From positions 10,953 through 74,952 of the forward strand of contig JADIYA010000007.1 of the NCBI GenBank assembly GCA_016705545.1: a DNA stretch of 64,000 nucleotides, given 5' to 3'. The notes under the pieces were generated by a model that saw only the letters and a list, made by a program, of their open reading frames with translations, had not been told where the DNA came from and ran no database searches. Below are positions 1 to 9,540 of the stretch, one piece after another. The number at the start of each line of letters is the position of its first letter. The first letter of the stretch is position 1. The DNA is from Flavobacteriales bacterium (lineage in GTDB: Bacteria; Bacteroidota; Bacteroidia; Flavobacteriales_F; PHOS-HE28). The position numbers and the translations under genes are program-made.

Positions 1-741
1 GAATGCGGCCTTATCGAAGGCTTGGCCATCCTCCCGTTCGTATAGATCCGCTGTGCCCAGAACCGTGTATACGGGTTTGGTGAAATCCTGCTGAAGGAAT
101 TCCTGTGGTTTCACGCGCGCAACACCTGCTCGCTCGAGCACTCCCATGGCGCCCTTCCCTACTCGCCCCCCGCCCGTCATCACGATCCGAAGGTCCTTCG
201 GCAAGGGAAAGCTGCGCAGGTGGCCCTCGAGTTCCTCGAGGTCGTGGCACGCATGCGCTGGCTTCAGGGGCGGGCCACCATGCGCGAGTTGCCATGCCCG
301 GAACGCATTGTATGCGCCAACCACGCCAGCCCAATACCCGAAGGCAAGCACCCGGTCGCCATGTTGATCGGTGAGCAACTCGTGGTCGATGAGGGTGATG
401 CATTTCTCGATCACAGCCCTCATGAGCTTGCGGTTATGGGCCTGCTGCTTGATGGTGTGGCTGAAGAAGAGGTATGACTTGCCAGGAATCAGCATCTCCA
501 CCGGGACCTCCTTCACGCCAATGATGAGGTCACGATCGTTTAGGTCGTCAGTGAGGCGCACGCCCTCGGCTTCGTACTCAGCGTCGGTGAAGGCGCGCAC
601 CGCGCTGCGCTGAACGGCAATATCGACTTGCGGGAAACGGATGCTCATCTCTCGGCATTGGGCGGGCGTCAAGGGTACACGGCGGTCGGCGGGCAGTTTG
701 CCTTCGCGGATAATGCCGATCTTGCGGAATGTGTTGGTCAT
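1..741 (-). CDS. AlaDH/PNT-family NAD-binding dehydrogenase (saccharopine dehydrogenase-like), 3' end truncated by window start
   Basis: My own reverse-strand translation from ATG at 741: MTNTFRKIGIIREGKLPADRRVPLTP... (AlaDH/PNT N-terminal signature) then Rossmann motif IVMTGGGRVGKGAMGVL near nt 150. Open to nt 1 with no stop. Not in the ORF track because it is unterminated. Confidence 0.6.
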   Translation of the reverse strand, partial: MTNTFRKIGIIREGKLPADRRVPLTPAQCREMSIRFPQVDIAVQRSAVRAFTDAEYEAEGVRLTDDLNDRDLIIGVKEVPVEMLIPGKSYLFFSHTIKQQAHNRKLMRAVIEKCITLIDHELLTDQHGDRVLAFGYWAGVVGAYNAFRAWQLAHGGPPLKPAHACHDLEELEGHLRSFPLPKDLRIVMTGGGRVGKGAMGVLERAGVARVKPQEFLQQDFTKPVYTVLGTADLYEREDGQAFDKAAF

Positions 742-840
742 TGCAGGCGGAGGCAAACTTAGCCGAAGGCTTGAGGAGCAGGTCCCATGTTCAATCCCCG
801 CCAGCACCAGCTACCTTTGCGGGGTTCATTGAAAAATCCT

Positions 841-1237
841 GGGGCCGATCTGGTTTCGACAGCGGCATCATGGGGTGTGTAAGCATGCCGGGCGTGTGGT
901 GCGGCCCGTATCCCAGTGCCACGAAGCCATAACTGGCGAAGTAGACTACGCTCTCGCTGCTTAATAGCCCAAGGCTATGAGGCTTAATCCACGTGAATAA
1001 CAGTAGCGTGGACGAGTACCTCTCGGGGAGGCCCGTTCTCCTCCTTCCCGAATCCGAGGTGTCATCATGGGGAACTGGCTCGCGCGGTGGTCCGTAGCGC
1101 AGGCGAGAAACAGGACCTAAGTCCATCGTGGGGTGCCCTTCTCCAGCGGCGGATCGAAAACCAATGAAGCGGCTAAGCGTGTAGAAAGCTCATTCCACGG
1201 TCGTTTGGACGAGGGTTCGATTCCCTCCGGCTCCACA
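841..1237 (+). ncRNA. ssrA: tmRNA (ssrA)
   Basis: 5' end GGGGCCGATCTGGTTTCGACAGCGG (tRNA-like acceptor/D region). Internal tag ORF ends GGC GAA GTA GAC TAC GCT CTC GCT GCT TAA TAG (nt 935-967), tag ...GEVDYALAA with a double stop. 3' end GGACGAGGGTTCGATTCCCTCCGGCTCCA (T-arm plus acceptor). Confidence 0.9.
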
Positions 1238-1350
1238 GGAGACGTAGCGGCGGCGCCAGCGCGACGCCGTTCCGCGAAGCGGGATAATCAAGGATCACCG
1301 CGGCGAAAGCCGGGGATTCCATCCGTCTACGCCGAGGCTTCGGCGGACAC

Positions 1351-2277
1351 CTAGGCCCCAACCGGCTCGTCCAGCGGATAGCGTACCCGACCGAACTGCT
1401 TCATGTACAGATCGTAGATGATGCCATCCGCGAGGCCGACCTTCGGAACGAAGACCTCGTCGATATCGGCGAAGTCCATCACGAGGAGGAAGATGTCGGC
1501 GGCGGGTATGATCACGTCGGCGCGATCGGGCCGAAGGCGCAGCAGCTTCACGCGATCCTCGAAGGAATGCGCGGCGATACGGTCGCGTTGGTGCTGGATG
1601 TCGCTCTTGGCCAACGGCTCACCGAACGCATTGCCGTTCTCCTTGAATATGCGGTTGATGTTGCCACCGGTTCCCACCGCCATCAGGGTTCCGTGCTGCA
1701 CACGGAGTTCCTCCAGGAAGCCTTGCATCTCCACCCATGCACTCAGCGGCACTTTGTTCTTCAGCGTTCGCACCGTGCCGATCTTGAAGCTGGCGCTCTT
1801 GGTGCGCTTGCCGTTCTCGAGCCACGTGAGCTCCGTGCTGCCGCCGCCCACATCAATGTACAGGTAGGGCCGGTCCTTCAACAGGTCCTGCGTCCAGAAG
1901 GTATTGGTGATAAGGTCCGCCTCCACCTTGCCCGCAATCGTCTCGATGTGCACGCCGCTCTCCATCTCCACCCGCGCAAGGACCTGTGCCCTGTTCTCGG
2001 CTTCTCGCATGGCGCTTGTGGCACAGCAACGCAGATAGGCCACGTTGTACACTTCGGCCAGCAACCGGAAAGCCTTGAGCGATTTGATCAGGTAATCCTG
2101 TTTGGCCACGGTTATCGCACCTTGGTCGAATACGTCCTCGCCCAAGCGGATTGGAACACGCACCAGCGTCTGCTTCTTGATTACCGGGTGATCGTCGCGC
2201 TCGATCACTTCAGCCACCAGCAATCGCACGGCGTTTGATCCGATGTCGATGGCGGCGTATGTGAGGTCGCGGTCCAC
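1351..2277 (-). CDS. ppx: Ppx/GppA-family exopolyphosphatase / guanosine pentaphosphate phosphohydrolase
   Basis: 308-aa ORF with N-terminal [17 protein letters not shown] (ASKHA Ppx/GppA phosphate-1 motif) and DVGGGSTE (phosphate-2 motif). Confidence 0.85.
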   Translation of the reverse strand: MDRDLTYAAIDIGSNAVRLLVAEVIERDDHPVIKKQTLVRVPIRLGEDVFDQGAITVAKQDYLIKSLKAFRLLAEVYNVAYLRCCATSAMREAENRAQVLARVEMESGVHIETIAGKVEADLITNTFWTQDLLKDRPYLYIDVGGGSTELTWLENGKRTKSASFKIGTVRTLKNKVPLSAWVEMQGFLEELRVQHGTLMAVGTGGNINRIFKENGNAFGEPLAKSDIQHQRDRIAAHSFEDRVKLLRLRPDRADVIIPAADIFLLVMDFADIDEVFVPKVGLADGIIYDLYMKQFGRVRYPLDEPVGA

Positions 2278-2328
2278 GCTGCGAAGCTATGTAGCAACGA
2301 ATCGTGCCAAGCGCTTTCTTCGTCGGCC

Positions 2329-3860
2329 ATGAACGAAGCCACCAAACCCCAGAAGCGCAGCGGCGTTGACCGTTTCCTGGCCATCATCGAGCGCGCAGGC
2401 AATGCCTTGCCGCACCCGGCTACGCTCTTTGCCATACTGGCGCTCGTGGTGGTGCTCATCAGTTGGATCGCCGACCTGAGCGGCATGAGCGCCATCCACC
2501 CAGCGACTGGCGAGCCGGTGACGCCGAAGAACCTGCTCAGCGCCGAGGGCCTGCACTTCATCCTCACCAAGATGGTGGTGAACTTCACGGGATTCGCGCC
2601 CCTGGGCACCGTGCTCGTGGCGCTCCTGGGCATCGGCATTGCCGAAGGCAGCGGCCTCATTGGCGCTGTGCTGCGCGCAGTGGTGCTGGCCTCGCCGAAG
2701 CGGCTGCTCACCTTCGTGATCGTCTTCGCCGGGGTGATGAGCAATGCAGCGAGCGAGGTGGGCTATGTGCTGCTCGTGCCCCTCGCAGCCGTGATCTTCC
2801 TCGCCGCAGGCCGTCATCCGTTGGCTGGACTTGCTGCTGCATTCGCGGGCGTAAGCGGCGGCTATAGCGCCAACCTGCTCCTGGGCACGATTGACCCATT
2901 GCTCGCCGGCCTGAGCCAGGAAGCGGCACGAATCATCAGACCGGACTACCTGGTGAATCCCGCTTGCAACTACTACTTCATGGCGGTGAGCACCTTCCTC
3001 ATCGCGGGCCTGGGTACTTGGGTCACCGAGCGCATCGTAGTGCCCCGCTTGGGCGAGTACAAGGGCGAAGAGAAGCCGGAGGAGATCCGAAACGCCAACC
3101 CTCAGGAGCGCAAGGGCATGCTATACGCGATGCTCACCGTGCTCGCCGTGGTGGGCATCATCCTGTGGGGACTGATCCCGAAGCCGGGTTCCTGCGCGAC
3201 CCTAAGACCGGTGAGATCCTTCATTCGCCCTTCATGAGTGGCATCGTGGCGCTGATTTTCCTGAGCGCATCACTGGCGGGCATCGCGTATGGAATCGGCG
3301 CGGGCTCCTTCAAGAGCGACAACGATGTGATGAAGGGCATGGCAAAGAGCATGGAGACCCTAGGCAGTTACATCGTGCTCGTCTTTTTCGCGGCGCAGTT
3401 CGTGGCCTATTTCAACGAGACGCGGCTGGGCCTGATCCTCGCCATCAAGGGCGCGGATGTGCTCAAGGCCGCAGACCTCGGCCCCATCCCGCTCATGCTC
3501 TGCTTCGTGCTCATCAGTGCCACCATCAACCTGATCATGGGCAGCGCCAGTGCGAAGTGGGCCATCATGGCTCCGGTCTTCATCCCCATGTTCATGCTGC
3601 TGGGCTATTCCCCGGAGTTCACGCAGATGGCCTATCGCGTGGGCGACAGCGTCACGAATATCATCAGCCCTATGATGAGCTACTTCGCGCTCATCGTGGC
3701 CTTCATCGCGCGCTACGATAAAAAGGCGGGCATCGGCACGGTGATCAGCACCATGCTCCCCTACTCCATCGTCTTCTTGATCGGATGGAGCGCGCTGCTG
3801 GTGATCTGGGTGCTGCTCGAACTGCCCATCGGCCCCGGGGCGAGCATGTTCATCAAGTGA
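2329..3860 (+). CDS. abgT: AbgT-family transporter (p-aminobenzoyl-glutamate / MtrF-like), interrupted by a 1-nt frameshift near nt 3180
   Basis: Two overlapping ORFs (2329-3237 and 2964-3860) encode the N- and C-terminal halves of one AbgT protein. Frame 1 reads ...[13 protein letters not shown] while frame 2 reads [23 protein letters not shown]. The expected junction [11 protein letters not shown] needs one extra base in ATCCCG^AAGCC. Confidence 0.85.
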
Positions 3861-3867
3861 CCGCTGA

Positions 3868-4914
3868 TCAGCGCACGATCACCAAAGGCAACACGCGATC
3901 AGCACGTGCCCCTGTGGCATGTACCAGGTAATTGCCTATAGGCAGGGCGCTTACATCAAGCACGCAGGAGCCGCTTGAACGCGCCGTTGCCACATTGAGC
4001 ATCGTACGCCCTGCGAGGTCAGTGATTCGTGCAGCGGCTATGGCCCCACCATCATCCGCTGCGATGGTGATCGACTCGGCTGCAGGGTTCGGCCACAGTT
4101 GCAACGAGCCCAGGTTTGCCGCATCGCCAACGCCCAAAGAGAATCCGAGGTCGTAGCCGAGCCAGACACCCTGTTCGAAGAGCCACACCTTTCCGTTGGC
4201 ATAAGACAAGCCAAAGGATGAGCGAGGGGGTGCATTCGCCGGCAACTGCGTATTACCGCTGTATGCACCGGATACTTTGTTGACGTACAGCACCCGGCGA
4301 TTGCTGTAATCGTACAGTCCATACTCGTACCCAGTGCATCCGATGTACATGACCGTGTTCGAGTTGATGCTTGCCAGCGATACGGGGAGCCCAGTGATCG
4401 CCGTGGTGCCGAGCGCCGCGTGCTTAGCGGCATCGAAACGATGGATGGAGCCATCGAAGAAGTAGATGATCTCGCTGGCGTCAGGATCCAGGTCGCCGAT
4501 GGATTGCGCGTCCGGCTGGGTGGAAGCCAGCAAAACGGTCCCTGTCCCCAGAGGAAAACCAGTGACCGGGTCAAGGTTCTGCTCGAAGATGCCAAGGTTG
4601 TTGTAGCCGTTGCCGAGCAAGCGCTGCCCGATCGGGTCCCACCAAGCGCCGCGATAGTCGAATCCGGAGGTCACCGTGCTCACAAGGGTCCCGGCTTCAT
4701 CGTAGGTGTCAATAGGATAGTTCGCGCTGCCGGCGTTCACACTGTAATACAGTCCAAGCAACGGGTTGAATGCAAGTCCTGACCGGTTCTCGGTCTGCGG
4801 CGTGGCGGTGAGCGTCATGCTCTGCACAGCACTGGCTGCCGGGATGCATTGGGCCGAGCTGAGCGCTGGGAAGGATAGCATGCAGGGCACGAGCGCGAGC
4901 GGAGAGAGTTTCAT
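3868..4914 (-). CDS. secreted hypothetical protein with T9SS (Por) C-terminal sorting domain
   Basis: Start taken at MKLSPLALVPCMLSFPALSSAQC (signal peptide). The longer track ORF to 5100 overlaps the upstream gene. C-terminus LWPNPAAESITI...GNYLVHAT...LPLVIVR matches the type-A Por sorting-domain pattern. Confidence 0.7.
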   Translation of the reverse strand: MKLSPLALVPCMLSFPALSSAQCIPAASAVQSMTLTATPQTENRSGLAFNPLLGLYYSVNAGSANYPIDTYDEAGTLVSTVTSGFDYRGAWWDPIGQRLLGNGYNNLGIFEQNLDPVTGFPLGTGTVLLASTQPDAQSIGDLDPDASEIIYFFDGSIHRFDAAKHAALGTTAITGLPVSLASINSNTVMYIGCTGYEYGLYDYSNRRVLYVNKVSGAYSGNTQLPANAPPRSSFGLSYANGKVWLFEQGVWLGYDLGFSLGVGDAANLGSLQLWPNPAAESITIAADDGGAIAAARITDLAGRTMLNVATARSSGSCVLDVSALPIGNYLVHATGARADRVLPLVIVR

Positions 4915-4972
4915 GTTGAGAGCATTGGGTTCGACGAATATAGCCGGATCCCGAAATGAAGTAGAGCGTGAT

Positions 4973-6685
4973 TCAATGCGGCAGCCGCAGCACAGGATAC
5001 TTCCGGAAGCCCGGCTCGAACCAGGGCGAGCGCTGGTACACAAAGGAGAGCTGGGCGAAGGGATCGGCGGCGAAGGCCGGATCGGCGGCCCGCTTGGCAT
5101 CGAGGGCCGCTTTCACCTGCGGGTTCTTCATGAGCCATTCTGCAGCCATGTCTTCGAAGACGTAATCGCTGTACCATTCCTTCTGCTGCAGAACACTGTC
5201 GAAGAAGCCCCAAGCGAAGAAGCTGTCGTCGCCTTCCGGCTCAAGTGCCTCCATCACGTAGCGGTCGGTGGGACGGCCCATGGGCACGAGCCATGAGCCC
5301 TTCGGAACCACAATCCGTATCTGCTTACTAACGGAATGGATGCCATGATGCAAATAGTGCCCCTCGTATGGCGCCCGAACGGTCTCGAAACCCGCGATGC
5401 TGTCCTGCTCGACCCAGAGCACGGTGTCGTTGCGCAGCTCGCGCGCATCAACCTCATTCGCCTTCAACCTGACGACCACTTCGCGCCAAGCGGCCGCAAC
5501 GATGTAGGCCTTGGGCTTGCGCTTCACCAGCGCTGCACTGTACGAATCGTTCCAGGGCACCTGCGCATCGGTTGGCCGCCCGTGGTCGTAGTTGATCCGC
5601 TCGAGTCCGGTGACGTCGCTCTTCGTGCGCTCAGGCGTGTAGCCTTTCCAGTGAAGGGTGGTCCATGCAGCGGTGTCAAGGCGCCAATTCATGCCGAGCT
5701 CGGTCATGTTCGCCGTGAAGCGTTTGGCACCGCGCCTGCGCTTGATCAGCTCGGCGCCATGCTCATTCATCACGGCCAGTGTCGCAAGCATCAATTGGAA
5801 GGTGGCGTTCACGCGGTCGGCGTAGGGCTTCAGCATGTGGCTCTCGCTGAGGATGCCGATGCGGTCGAAGAGCGCATTGTAGCCGGAGCTGTAGCGCGGG
5901 CCATCACTGAAGCCATATAGGCCATCCTCAGGGATCTCACCGCGCGTCTCGAAGTAGGGGCACATGAGCATGCCCTTGCTCTCCATCCATGCGTGCAGCT
6001 CCGGGATCATGGTCCGCGTCATGAAGTCGCTGAGCCCGCCGTTGAGCTTATCCTTCTGCGTGGTGAGCAGTTCCATCACGTACTGGTGATCGGCGCCGTT
6101 GCTAACGTGCGTCTCGAAGTAGACATCGGGATGTGATGCGACGCATTCCACCAAGGACCAGGTGTTGCGCGCATCCATCTTGATGAAATCACGGTTCAAG
6201 TCGAGGTTGCGCGCATTGCCGCGGAAGCCGTACTCGGCCGGACCGTTCTGGTTGGCACGGCTGGTGGCACTGCGCTGCTTCGCCCCGCTCACGTTGTATA
6301 CCGGCACGATGCAGACGGCCGTGTTCACCAGCAGCCCCATGTACTGATCGCTCTCGAGCAGCGCTTGTGCGAGCAGCAGGCTGGCATCGATGCCATCGGG
6401 CTCGCCGGGATGGATGCCGTTCGTGATCCACAGGATGCTCTTTCCTGCCGCACGGATGCTATCGGGCGTGAAACCACTGCCGTCGCTGATCACGAATAGA
6501 TGAAGCGGTGAGCCGTCGTCGTCCTCGCCGATCTCGAAGAGCTGAGCACCGCTGTGCCGGCGATCCAATTCCCGGTAGCGCGCGATGGCCTGCTCCCAAG
6601 TCACGGTGCTGTCTCCTTTGAATGCCCATTGGCCATTCAGGCTGAGGAACAGTAACGATGACAGCAGGACAAGCAAAATCCGCAT
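4973..6685 (-). CDS. M14-family zinc carboxypeptidase (secreted)
   Basis: 570-aa ORF with signal peptide MRILLVLLSSLLFLSLNG. The GIHPGEPDG...E...H zinc-ligand arrangement and overall architecture fit M14 carboxypeptidases. Confidence 0.7.
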   Translation of the reverse strand: MRILLVLLSSLLFLSLNGQWAFKGDSTVTWEQAIARYRELDRRHSGAQLFEIGEDDDGSPLHLFVISDGSGFTPDSIRAAGKSILWITNGIHPGEPDGIDASLLLAQALLESDQYMGLLVNTAVCIVPVYNVSGAKQRSATSRANQNGPAEYGFRGNARNLDLNRDFIKMDARNTWSLVECVASHPDVYFETHVSNGADHQYVMELLTTQKDKLNGGLSDFMTRTMIPELHAWMESKGMLMCPYFETRGEIPEDGLYGFSDGPRYSSGYNALFDRIGILSESHMLKPYADRVNATFQLMLATLAVMNEHGAELIKRRRGAKRFTANMTELGMNWRLDTAAWTTLHWKGYTPERTKSDVTGLERINYDHGRPTDAQVPWNDSYSAALVKRKPKAYIVAAAWREVVVRLKANEVDARELRNDTVLWVEQDSIAGFETVRAPYEGHYLHHGIHSVSKQIRIVVPKGSWLVPMGRPTDRYVMEALEPEGDDSFFAWGFFDSVLQQKEWYSDYVFEDMAAEWLMKNPQVKAALDAKRAADPAFAADPFAQLSFVYQRSPWFEPGFRKYPVLRLPH

Positions 6686-6753
6686 GGCGCCGAAGATGCG
6701 AACGAAGAAGCCCTGCTCGCGCGGGCAGGGCTTCTAAGATGGAAATGGGTCGG

Positions 6754-7806
6754 CTATTGCACCACCAGCCGCTCCCATCGTGGCAGGCCGCCGATGATCA
6801 GGCCGACATGATAAACACCCGGAGCCGCGTGCGGAATGCGGAGATCCATGCGCCTCTCCTGCCGGACTTGCCGTTCCAGGATGACCCTGCCTGCCCCATC
6901 CAGCACGCGGATCAGTGCATCGGCGATGGGGCGATCGAAGAGGATGCTGAAGCCCGCATCGTCGCTGGTCGGATTCGGTGAGAGCTGCATGCTCCAAGGT
7001 TGCTCATCCAGGATTGCCACCGTTCCCGTGATGGTGGTATCGATGTTCACCACGACGCCGAAGCTCGGGCCCCAGCTCTCGTTCACATCCTTCGCGCGCA
7101 TCCAAAGCACGTTCACACCGGCAGTAACCGGCGCGGGGATGCCACCTCCCTTGATGGCCTCGAATGCTGCATCGAAGTTGTTGTCGACCGCGAGCATGGG
7201 CGTGCCAAGTCCTGGCCCTGGGTCATCGTTCACATAATACTCACAAGCGCTCACGCGGATCTGCGGGAACGTGACCGCTCCTCCCAGCACCTCGACAACA
7301 ACGCTGAAGGGCAGGCTCCATGCGTCATTCACGTCCTTCACGCGAACATTGAGCACATGAACTCCGGTCGGCGGCAGTGTGGCCGTCTCCAGCGCAATCG
7401 CTTCCAATGCGCTGTTGAAGTCGCCATCGAACGCGACCATGGGCGTGCCGCTGCCTTGGCCCGGATCGGTATCCCAGAAGTACTCGGCCTGCGTTACGGA
7501 GATCTCCGGGGCGGTCACCACCGGAGGCTCGACCAGAACAACGGTCGTGAAGGTTGGCCCCCAATTGTTCTGCTGGTCCTTCACCCGGATACCCAACGTG
7601 TGCGCGCCGATTGCAGGCAGCGTCGCGGTTTCGAGGAAGATGGCTTCCACCGCGTCATTGAACGCGCCATCCACCGCGCTCATCGGATTCGCGTTGCCGG
7701 CGCTGGGATCAATGTCCCAGAAGTACTCGGCATTGTCCACACGCTGCGCGCCGACCGTGAGGACCGTCAACAGCGAGCAGGAGGAGATGAATCGTGCGAT
7801 CTTCAT
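6754..7806 (-). CDS. secreted protein with three tandem ~95-aa repeats and a T9SS C-terminal sorting domain
   Basis: Signal peptide MKIARFISSCSLLTVLTVGA. Three copies of AEYFWDxDPGxGxGTPMxAxDGxFNxAxEAIxLETATLPxxGxHxLxVRVKDxNxxW. C-terminus WSMQLSPNPTSDDAGFSI...VYHVGLIIG is CTD-like. Confidence 0.65.
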   Translation of the reverse strand: MKIARFISSCSLLTVLTVGAQRVDNAEYFWDIDPSAGNANPMSAVDGAFNDAVEAIFLETATLPAIGAHTLGIRVKDQQNNWGPTFTTVVLVEPPVVTAPEISVTQAEYFWDTDPGQGSGTPMVAFDGDFNSALEAIALETATLPPTGVHVLNVRVKDVNDAWSLPFSVVVEVLGGAVTFPQIRVSACEYYVNDDPGPGLGTPMLAVDNNFDAAFEAIKGGGIPAPVTAGVNVLWMRAKDVNESWGPSFGVVVNIDTTITGTVAILDEQPWSMQLSPNPTSDDAGFSILFDRPIADALIRVLDGAGRVILERQVRQERRMDLRIPHAAPGVYHVGLIIGGLPRWERLVVQ

Positions 7807-7816
7807 CGTGCGCGGA

Positions 7817-9064
7817 TCAACGGTCGAACGCGATGGCCTTCACGCGCAGTGTGCTTCCCTGGCGCACGTTGAAGGGGTGGCCGGTCATGTACACGCGAGC
7901 GGAGCCGATCTGCAGCGGGAAGAAGTTGGTGAGGGTGTAGCTGCCTCCGTAGGCGCCAGCATCGCCTGTGGTGAGATCGAGGTCGTAGAATGGCGCAGCA
8001 GGATTCCCGCCATCGATGGCCGCACCGTCGGCGAGGAAGGTGCCATCGGCGTTGAGGGTAATGGCCTGATCAATGGTATTGCTCCCCGCAAAGGTGAAGC
8101 CTGCGCTCACCGGGGTGGATATGCCGGTGGATATATGGTTGAAATACACGTTGATCTGGCCTTGGTTGCCGCTGTCGTTATTGATTCCGCGGCATTCGCC
8201 GTTCCAGGTGCGGGTCACCACATTGTTCATGATCTCCCAGATGCTTCCCGCGTTGGTGTTCGCGAGGTTGATGCCGTAGGTGGTGAAGTTGCCGGTATAG
8301 GCCGTCACGGTGTTGTTCCAAACCAGGTTGGCTGCATTGGTCACAGGTCCTTCATACACCTCGATCCCCATCCAGCCATGCTGCACGTAATTGTTGCGGA
8401 TGTGGAACACCTGGCCGAAGCTGCTTCCGAAGATGCCCTCGTAGCCAACGCGGCCCTTGACCTTGTTGCCGATGATGGCACAGGTATCGATGGCGGTGCC
8501 GGACGAGGTGGTGTTCACGCTGATCGCCTCATCGTTCACCTGGCTGCAATCGATATCGTTGCCTACCACATTTCCGAAGTTGATGCTCAATGATCCGTTC
8601 ACCAAGGTGCAGCCCACGATATCGGCATCGAACCAATTGCTGGCGAGGTTGATGCTGCCATTCACGAAGTAGCTGTCAACCACACGGACGCGCGTTCCGC
8701 GGATGCTTGAGGTTCCTGCTGCAGCGCCAACGCTGCCCGCTGTGTTGCGCATGCCGTTGATCAGCACCGTGCGACCGTTCGCAGGTGCGATATTGTACGT
8801 GCCCTGGACCACGAAGTAGCCGTCGTTCGCATAGCTCAGGAACTCAAGGCTCTTGTCGATGGTGATGTCCTGGATCCAAGGGATATCGCCAGCGCGGTTC
8901 TTGATGATGATGCGGTCGCCATCAACCGAGGCGGCGACGGCCGCTGCGATGTTGGGATAGGTGGGCGCTACGCCGAATTCCTCCACGATCCGGTCAATGG
9001 CAGAGGCATGAATGGCGAGCAGGGCGAATGCGGCGGCGGTCAGGTGCTTCATGGTCTTTTTCAT
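7817..9064 (-). CDS. right-handed parallel beta-helix repeat protein (pectin-lyase-fold, secreted)
   Basis: Signal peptide MKKTMKHLTAAAFALLAIHASA. Repeated NNxV / NxTV / GNxxxGN beta-helix rungs. 415 aa. Confidence 0.6.
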   Translation of the reverse strand: MKKTMKHLTAAAFALLAIHASAIDRIVEEFGVAPTYPNIAAAVAASVDGDRIIIKNRAGDIPWIQDITIDKSLEFLSYANDGYFVVQGTYNIAPANGRTVLINGMRNTAGSVGAAAGTSSIRGTRVRVVDSYFVNGSINLASNWFDADIVGCTLVNGSLSINFGNVVGNDIDCSQVNDEAISVNTTSSGTAIDTCAIIGNKVKGRVGYEGIFGSSFGQVFHIRNNYVQHGWMGIEVYEGPVTNAANLVWNNTVTAYTGNFTTYGINLANTNAGSIWEIMNNVVTRTWNGECRGINNDSGNQGQINVYFNHISTGISTPVSAGFTFAGSNTIDQAITLNADGTFLADGAAIDGGNPAAPFYDLDLTTGDAGAYGGSYTLTNFFPLQIGSARVYMTGHPFNVRQGSTLRVKAIAFDR

Positions 9065-9540
9065 GAGTCGGCGAAGCTAGGTTCCCGCAGAGCTCAAAAA
9101 GTTGACCCCGGCACCTGGGCAGGTGGCACCGGGGTCTTCGTACTCGGCCCTCCTTTCGGTGGACCGGGTCCGGGGTAACGATCGATCAAGCTTCCGCTTC
9201 GATGCTCAGGAGCAAGGCGTTCGCTGCTGGTTCTGGTTCAGTCGCCTCCACTTCGATGGCTGCGGGCTGCGCATCTTGCGGAATGGCTTGTGCAAAGAGT
9301 TGTTCTTCGTCGGTAAGACAGAGGAGAAGTGTAAGGGTCTGAACTGGCCACATGCGTGATGGGAGGTGTTTTGTGCGGGACAGTCAGCCGAGGAGTGGCG
9401 AAAGATTTCAGATGGAGCACCCCAAAGTCAAGGACGAACATTCAATTTCATTCGACGAATGCACTTGACATACGGACGTAGGATGTAGTAGTCAATGCCG
9501 CAACTTCGCCGCTATCACTTCCATACCGACGCACACGCGC

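Noticed and set aside
11-403. Track ORF 11-403 (-) and 220-477 (+) at the window start
   Set aside because: A different minus-strand frame, open from 741 to nt 1, encodes a coherent AlaDH/PNT-family protein with a Rossmann GGGRVGKGA motif. The listed ORFs are out-of-frame shadows.
4915-5100. N-terminal 62-aa extension of ORF 3868-5100 and the 89-aa extension of the arginase ORF (60939-61205)
   Set aside because: The extensions are Pro/Ser/Arg-rich junk and overlap neighbouring genes. Internal Mets are followed by a signal peptide (MKLSPLALV...) or by the conserved arginase N-terminus.
7000-8593. Long ORFs on the strand opposite to real genes, e.g. 7000-7872+, 7379-8593+, 20365-22575-, 43006-44841+, 46019-47155-, 54417-56021-
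   Set aside because: Their translations are low-complexity Ala/Arg/Gly/His-rich strings typical of antisense frames in ~64% GC DNA, and each lies fully inside a well-supported conserved gene on the other strand.
9466-9500. Sigma-70-like TTGACA ... TAGTAGT promoter upstream of acs
   Set aside because: Spacing and -10 quality are poor, and the better-supported promoter grammar in this window is the Bacteroidetes TTG/TAnnTTTG type. Not reported as a feature.
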